Source: Candidatus Nomurabacteria bacterium
GTDB lineage: Bacteria > Patescibacteriota > Minisyncoccia > Phycocordibacterales > UBA9973
Reading direction: 5' to 3'
Assembly: GCA_031425235.1 (NCBI GenBank)
Contig: JANPIZ010000008.1
Coordinates: 91,377-155,376 of the forward strand
Length of the DNA: 64,000 nucleotides
Numbering within the stretch: position 1 is the first letter of the stretch; every line of letters begins with the position of its first letter. The notes under the pieces were generated by a model. That model did not search any database. It was given only the letters and a program-made list of their open reading frames with translations, and was not told the DNA's origin. Shown in pieces: positions 58,726-64,000 of the stretch. Both the position numbers and the translations under genes were made by a program.

Positions 58726-61014
58726 CTATGCTATCTTATTTAATTTATGAGGGTTGTGCATTTTACATGCCTTATTACTACAACGCTCAGGAATTGTTTT
58801 CGTGCCTTCCATCATTAAACTACTGCATTCTTTACATATATTGCCGGTAGGTTTAGCTTTTATCGCAAACTTACATTTTGGATAGTTAGAGCAAGAGTAG
58901 AAAACACCAAATCTTCCACGTCTCTCTGAAATATCTCCAGTTTTACACTCTGGACACATTACTCCAGTTCGCTTTTTAGCTTCATCAGCCTCATCGCTTT
59001 TTACATATTTACATTTTGGGTACCTTGAACATGAAATAAATGTTCCTGAGCCATCTCTGCGTTCACGTACTACTAATTTACCACCCATATCTTTTTTTCT
59101 TTTACCTTCGGCTTCAGCCAAAGCTACTGCAGGCGAAGAACACTGTGGGCATGGTTCGCCAGTTTCCTTTGGGCCTTGTAGTTGAGTACCGTCGAGCATT
59201 AGTGCTCCATCACAATCAGGATATTTTGAACACGAATAAAATTTACCCACACGCGCGAGTTTGATGATCATCTCACTACCGCATTTGGGACACTTCATAT
59301 TTTCTGGAGCATCGCCCAGATTTGTCGCCTTATCGAGTTTGTCTTTTGCTTTCACTTCTTTCAAAAATGGTCCGTAGAAATCTTTGAGAGTTTTTTCATA
59401 CTCACGTTCCCCACGTGAAATTTCATCCAGTTCATCTTCCATCTCGGCAGTGAATGTATCAGAAATATAATTTGCAAAATGTGCTTCAAGAAAATCAGAC
59501 ACGACTTCGCCCGTATCGGTAGGGAATAACGTCTTGCCTTCTTTGTGGACATAGCCTCTGTCTTCAATTGTTCGCATAATAGATGCATACGTAGAAGGCC
59601 GACCAATACCTCGGTTTTCAAGTTCTTTCACAAGTCCCGCTTCGCTATAACGCCCTGGTGGTTCGGTAAATTTTTCTTCGCTTATCAAATTTAGTAATTT
59701 TAACTTTTCTCCAACTTTACATAGTGGTAACTCGACATCGTCACCTCGTGCACCGGTATCTACCTTGAGCCATCCAGGAAAAAGAAGTCGTGAACCTTTT
59801 GCATTAAAGTCTGTAATATCCTTGTCCTTGGCGCCCTGGTCGCCATGTGCACTTGGCGACCAGGTCGCCAAGTTAGCCAAATTTGCGGTAATTTTTGTTT
59901 TGAGTAACTTTGCATCGGTCATTTGTGAGGAAATAGCCCGCTCCCAAATGAGTCGATACAGTTTTTGTTGTTCGTCCGTGCCTGCATGCAACTTCTCTAT
60001 ATGTGTCGGTCGTATTGCTTCGTGTGCTTCTTGGGCATTTTTAGATTTTGTTTTATATGTCCTTTTTTCAGCATACTCGGTACCGTATTCTTTTTTTACA
60101 AAAGATAAAATCTGATCTTGGGCTGCCACAGATAAATTCGTACTGTCTGTACGCATATAGCTAATATGTCCAGCCTCATACAACTTCTGTGCAAGCTGCA
60201 TTGTACGCGAAGGAGAATAGCCAAGGCGAGAACTCGCTGTCTGTTGAAGTGTTGAAGTCGTAAATGGTGCCCGTGGTGAACGTTTTTGTTCTGATTCTTT
60301 TACGCCTAAAATGCTCCAAGTACCCGCTTTACCTGCTTCCATTATTTTTTCCACCAGCTTTTCATCTCGTGGTTCTTCACTGCATTCTAATGTTAGCTTG
60401 TCACCTTTGGCTGTATCAAAAAGTCCTCGTATTCTCCAATATTTCTCTGGAATAAAAGCACGGATTTCTCGCTCCCGCTCCATAATTATCCGAAGTGCAG
60501 GGGATTGAACCCGGCCTGCCGAAAGTCCGTAACGCACTTTTTTCCATATGAGCCCTGAAAGGTCGTAGCCCACGAGTCGATCGAGCACTCTGCGTGCTTC
60601 CTGAGCTTTACGTAGATGTGTATCTATTTTACGTGGATGCTTGAGTGCTTCTTCTACTGCGGCCTTAGTGATTTCATGGAAAGCTACGCGTTCAATTGGC
60701 GCTTTGATTTTTTTGTCTTGTTTTAAAAGCTCTTCGATGTGCCAGGCTATTGCTTCACCTTCGCGGTCGGGGTCAGTCGCGAGCAGTATATCAGTAGCTT
60801 TTTTTGCGAGTTCCTGCAATTCGTGTACTACTTTTTCTTTGCCTTTTGAGATTTCATAATGAGGAATAAATCCACCTTCGATATCGATAGCTGCCTTATT
60901 TGATTTTGGTAAGTCACGAATGTGTCCGACAGACGCACGAACAGTAAAAGCGCCTTCGAGATATTTCTCGATTGTTTTCGCTTTTGATGGTGACTCAACA
61001 ATTAATAATTTCAT
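58726..61014 (-). CDS. topA: DNA topoisomerase I
   Basis: MKLLIVESPSK, DPDREGE, SAGRVQS, C-terminal zinc ribbons; likely start 61014. Confidence 0.97.
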   Translation of the reverse strand: MKLLIVESPSKAKTIEKYLEGAFTVRASVGHIRDLPKSNKAAIDIEGGFIPHYEISKGKEKVVHELQELAKKATDILLATDPDREGEAIAWHIEELLKQDKKIKAPIERVAFHEITKAAVEEALKHPRKIDTHLRKAQEARRVLDRLVGYDLSGLIWKKVRYGLSAGRVQSPALRIIMEREREIRAFIPEKYWRIRGLFDTAKGDKLTLECSEEPRDEKLVEKIMEAGKAGTWSILGVKESEQKRSPRAPFTTSTLQQTASSRLGYSPSRTMQLAQKLYEAGHISYMRTDSTNLSVAAQDQILSFVKKEYGTEYAEKRTYKTKSKNAQEAHEAIRPTHIEKLHAGTDEQQKLYRLIWERAISSQMTDAKLLKTKITANLANLATWSPSAHGDQGAKDKDITDFNAKGSRLLFPGWLKVDTGARGDDVELPLCKVGEKLKLLNLISEEKFTEPPGRYSEAGLVKELENRGIGRPSTYASIMRTIEDRGYVHKEGKTLFPTDTGEVVSDFLEAHFANYISDTFTAEMEDELDEISRGEREYEKTLKDFYGPFLKEVKAKDKLDKATNLGDAPENMKCPKCGSEMIIKLARVGKFYSCSKYPDCDGALMLDGTQLQGPKETGEPCPQCSSPAVALAEAEGKRKKDMGGKLVVRERRDGSGTFISCSRYPKCKYVKSDEADEAKKRTGVMCPECKTGDISERRGRFGVFYSCSNYPKCKFAIKAKPTGNICKECSSLMMEGTKTIPERCSNKACKMHNPHKLNKIA
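59827..59873. repeat. Tandem pair of 23-bp palindromes in frame in topA
   Basis: 59851-59873 identical to the gatB copy; degenerate copy at 59827-59848; encodes LATWSPSAHGDQGAK. Confidence 0.85.
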
Positions 61015-61145
61015 CCTGTAGTGAAAAATGGCATCGCGCCAAAGGCGCAAGCTATAAATAAAGATATTATGCTAATAAATTTTGCTTATTATTTTAAATA
61101 AAGCCGTCATAAAAATGCAATGCCATTTTCTACTACGGGATTCAT
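61015..61145 (-). repeat. Start-codon-abutting hairpin element, family B copy 2, between duplicated ATGAA
   Basis: ATGAAT-CCCGTAGTAGAAAATGGCATTGC...GCGATGCCATTTTTCACTACAGG-ATGAAA. Confidence 0.85.
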
Positions 61146-61252
61146 CAGTGACTAGTATTACATGAAAGAGATTTTTTTTGCAAATTTAAAATTAAAAAGT
61201 ACATAAAAGAAAAACCGCCGAGACGATTTTTCTTCGTCTGCAAGCGGTTTGA

Positions 61253-61642
61253 TTAAAACGGATTTCCTGTTGTCGGAACAGGGGCAGGTGTAGGCTTCTT
61301 ATTTGTTGTTTTTTCCCTTCCAAAAAGAAGGTAAAGAGTTAAGATTCTTACCGGAGAATTAATTATCTGACTCCGAATAAATTCTTCTTTCGCAACAAAA
61401 AGAGGATACTCCTTTAATTTTTTATCTGCGCCCTCGCAAACATACGCAACTTTTCCAAGCCGTTTAGTTTTCCATTTGAAAGACGAAAACTTGGCTTTGG
61501 TAGTTGTGTTAATAAAAACCTCGCCGGGCTTGATGCCGGGAAAGTTTTCACTCCCAAAAACACACTGAACTTTTTTACTTTGCGCAAACGATGACAAAGC
61601 GAGCAAAAATACAAACACCACAAGGACTAACAATTTTTTCAT
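61253..61642 (-). CDS. Secreted hypothetical protein
   Basis: AGGAG SD, signal peptide MKKLLVLVVFVFLLALSSFA, downstream hairpin at about 61212-61250. Confidence 0.7.
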   Translation of the reverse strand: MKKLLVLVVFVFLLALSSFAQSKKVQCVFGSENFPGIKPGEVFINTTTKAKFSSFKWKTKRLGKVAYVCEGADKKLKEYPLFVAKEEFIRSQIINSPVRILTLYLLFGREKTTNKKPTPAPVPTTGNPF

Positions 61643-61751
61643 TTTCTACAATCTCCTAAATTTATTTAAAGAATTAGTTTTAGGCTAAAAATCAGCCTAT
61701 CTCTATATATAGTAGCATCTTTTTGTGAAAAAGTCAAGTAAAATAACCTTA

Positions 61752-62612
61752 TTATATAAGCCTTATTTCACCCATTTCTTCTTTTATTACTTCTTTTATT
61801 TCCATCACTGAGATGACTGCATTTGCTTCTGCTGTTGGGATTTTAAGCTCTCTGATTAAATCATCTCTCGCCATTGGTTCTCGTAGTAGTTTTATAACTT
61901 TGCTTTCTTCTGGCGACAAATCAGCAAATAGCTTTTGTTGTCTCTCTTCATCTTTTGGCTTTTCAAAACCAAGAGCTTCGAGCACATCTTCAGCGCATGT
62001 TATGGGTGTCGCTCCTTGGCGGATGAGTTTATTTGTACCTTTTGAACTCGACGAAAATATTGACCCAGGTACGGCAAGTAAATCTCGATTGTATTCCACG
62101 GTGAGCCGCGCGGTAATAAGTGTACCTGAACGTTCTTCGCCTTCGATCACAAGCACTGCTTTTGAAATACCTGCCATGAGTCTGTTCCGCATTGGGAAGC
62201 TCCATTGGGTGGCTTTGAAGTCGGGCTCGAATTCTGAAATTAAACAGCCTCCATTGCTTACTATTTCTTCTATGAGGCCGATGTTTGTTTTTGGGTACAT
62301 CGCTTCGGCCGAAAGTCCGGAACCAGGAAATACGAGCGTTTTAAGTCCAGCACGCATAGCCGCTTTATGGGCAATGGTGTCGATACCCATGGCAAAGCCC
62401 GACACGATCGCAATAGGGTAACCTTGAAGTCCCGCGATTATTTTTTCACAGGCTTCACGTCCATAGCTCGTGAACTTCCGAGATCCAACGACACATAAAT
62501 ATACGAGGTCTTCTTTTGGGAGATCACCAATAATAAGTAAATTCAGAGGCGGCTGCGGTATTTCGAGTAAAGCCTTCGGAAATTCTTTTTTGGATAATTT
62601 TCTAATTTGCAT
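61752..62612 (-). CDS. dprA: DNA processing protein DprA
   Basis: VVGSR, IVSGFAMGIDT, FPMRNR, SGTLITA; likely start 62612. Confidence 0.95.
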   Translation of the reverse strand: MQIRKLSKKEFPKALLEIPQPPLNLLIIGDLPKEDLVYLCVVGSRKFTSYGREACEKIIAGLQGYPIAIVSGFAMGIDTIAHKAAMRAGLKTLVFPGSGLSAEAMYPKTNIGLIEEIVSNGGCLISEFEPDFKATQWSFPMRNRLMAGISKAVLVIEGEERSGTLITARLTVEYNRDLLAVPGSIFSSSSKGTNKLIRQGATPITCAEDVLEALGFEKPKDEERQQKLFADLSPEESKVIKLLREPMARDDLIRELKIPTAEANAVISVMEIKEVIKEEMGEIRLI

Positions 62613-62674
62613 AGAAATATTTCTACAAATTGTATATTTTGTAATTATATCAGTTTTATTGTACAATATGAACC

Positions 62675-63985
62675 ATGTTAGACATCAAATTCATCCGTGA
62701 AAATAAAGACATCGTCCAAGCTGGTGCGAAGAAAAAACACATCGATGTTGATGTTGAAAAGCTTATCTCTCTTGATGACGAACGACTCAAAGTACTCAAA
62801 GAAGTAGAAGATTTGCGATCCGAAGTCAACACTGCATCAAATAATATTTCCCGCCATCAAGACCCTGCACTGAAAGCCCAGCTTATAAAAGAAATGACCT
62901 TGGTCAAGGAAGATATAAAAGCTAAAGAAGAAAAGCTAAAAGAAACTATAAGTGAGTGGCAAAAAATAATGTTGAAAATTCCAAACATTCCGTCTGTTGA
63001 CACCCCAGAAGGTGATGACGAAAATGGCAACAAAGTAGTACGTACTTGGGGAGAGAAGCCTACTTTTGATTTTACCCCAAAAGAACATTACGAAATTGGA
63101 AAAAACTTAGGAATAATAGACACCGAAACAGCAGGGCAAGTTTCGGGATCACGATATTCATATTTAAAAGGTGACTTGGTTCTTATGCAATTTGCTCTTA
63201 TTCAAATGTGCTTGGAGATTGTAACAAACGAAGAAATATTAAATCACATAGTAAAAAATGCAGGAATTTCAATAGCGCCTTCAAAATTTCTTCCCGTGAT
63301 ACCACCAGTATTTATTCGTCCACTTGTTCAAGTAAAAATGGCACGGTACATGACACCAGAAGAACATTATTTATTTCCAAACGACGACTTGATGCTTATC
63401 GGAAGTGCAGAGCATACTCTCGGCTCAATGCATATGAGTAAAATTTTTGAAGAAAACGAACTACCTATACGGTATGCTGGATATTCAACTGCTTTTAGAC
63501 GAGAAGCAGGAGCCGCAGGAAAAGATACAAACGGAATTTTAAGGCAACATCAGTTTGATAAATTAGAAATGGAAGTTTTTTCATTACCTGAAAACTCAAT
63601 GCAAGAACAAAATTTCTTAGTGGCAATTCAAGAGCATGTTATGCAAACTTTAAAATTACCTTACCAAGTAGTCGCAGTATGTACTGGTGATATGGGTTTT
63701 CCAAACACTCGCCAATTTGATATTGAAACTTGGATGCCAGGACAAAATAAATATAGAGAAACCCACAGCTCAGATTATACTGGAGGATTCCAATCTCGCC
63801 GCCTCAATACACGCGTGCGTAGAAGTGATGGAAAAATCGAACCTGTCCACATGAATGATGCTACTGTTGTGGCTATCGGGCGTACCCTGATTGCAATCAT
63901 TGAAAACTTTCAGCAAGCTGATGGTTCGATAAAAATCCCTGAAGCACTTCGCTCATATATGGGAGGAAAAGAGTTTATAAAATAA
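62675..63985 (+). CDS. serS: Serine--tRNA ligase
   Basis: MLDIKFIREN, FRREAG, RQHQFDKLE. Confidence 0.97.
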   Translation: MLDIKFIRENKDIVQAGAKKKHIDVDVEKLISLDDERLKVLKEVEDLRSEVNTASNNISRHQDPALKAQLIKEMTLVKEDIKAKEEKLKETISEWQKIMLKIPNIPSVDTPEGDDENGNKVVRTWGEKPTFDFTPKEHYEIGKNLGIIDTETAGQVSGSRYSYLKGDLVLMQFALIQMCLEIVTNEEILNHIVKNAGISIAPSKFLPVIPPVFIRPLVQVKMARYMTPEEHYLFPNDDLMLIGSAEHTLGSMHMSKIFEENELPIRYAGYSTAFRREAGAAGKDTNGILRQHQFDKLEMEVFSLPENSMQEQNFLVAIQEHVMQTLKLPYQVVAVCTGDMGFPNTRQFDIETWMPGQNKYRETHSSDYTGGFQSRRLNTRVRRSDGKIEPVHMNDATVVAIGRTLIAIIENFQQADGSIKIPEALRSYMGGKEFIK

Positions 63986-64000
63986 TTATTTTCACTCGAT

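Noticed and set aside
61015-61050. N-terminal extensions in the ORF track for topA, atpC (39829), rplY (28715), rpmG (51797), mreB (43468) and dprA (62666)
   Set aside because: They run through promoters or repeat elements; the conserved N-termini start later

Overview
AT-rich chromosomal segment from a reduced-genome bacterium. Gene content and order suggest Patescibacteria/CPR, most likely Parcubacteria (inference). It uses the standard code 11. Housekeeping genes include pepN, scpAB, mraY-murF, rmuC, obgE, an ABC exporter, gatB, fba, rplY, rpmE-prfA, a full atp operon, rsmI, priA, mreB, frr, rseP, ddl, rpmG, miaA, murA, parB, a rel homolog, topA, dprA and serS. Four tRNAs are present (Glu-CTC, Ile-GAT, Trp-CCA, Leu-CAA), with single-gene orphan cassettes in between. 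I recognise no transposase, integrase, CRISPR array or rRNA. The most striking signal is non-coding. Many core genes appear leaderless, with an extended -10 box 6-8 nt before the start codon. The window also carries related hairpin elements with shared ends (5'-TCCCGTA...TACNGG(G)|ATG-3'). Five of them end exactly at a start codon: three ~74-nt copies (trpR-like gene, protease, ABC ATPase) and two ~125-nt copies lying between duplicated ATGs (mraY, topA). A sixth interrupts a relic gatB start. Other short GC-rich palindromes are inserted in frame in proteins. Further findings are a tandem attenuator with a Tyr-rich leader peptide upstream of a free-standing tRNA-editing domain, an 87-bp promoter/uORF module duplicated before two unrelated secreted orphans, and a tRNA-Trp whose CCA overlaps the next ATG. 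All alignments and folds were done by eye, and no database search was run.
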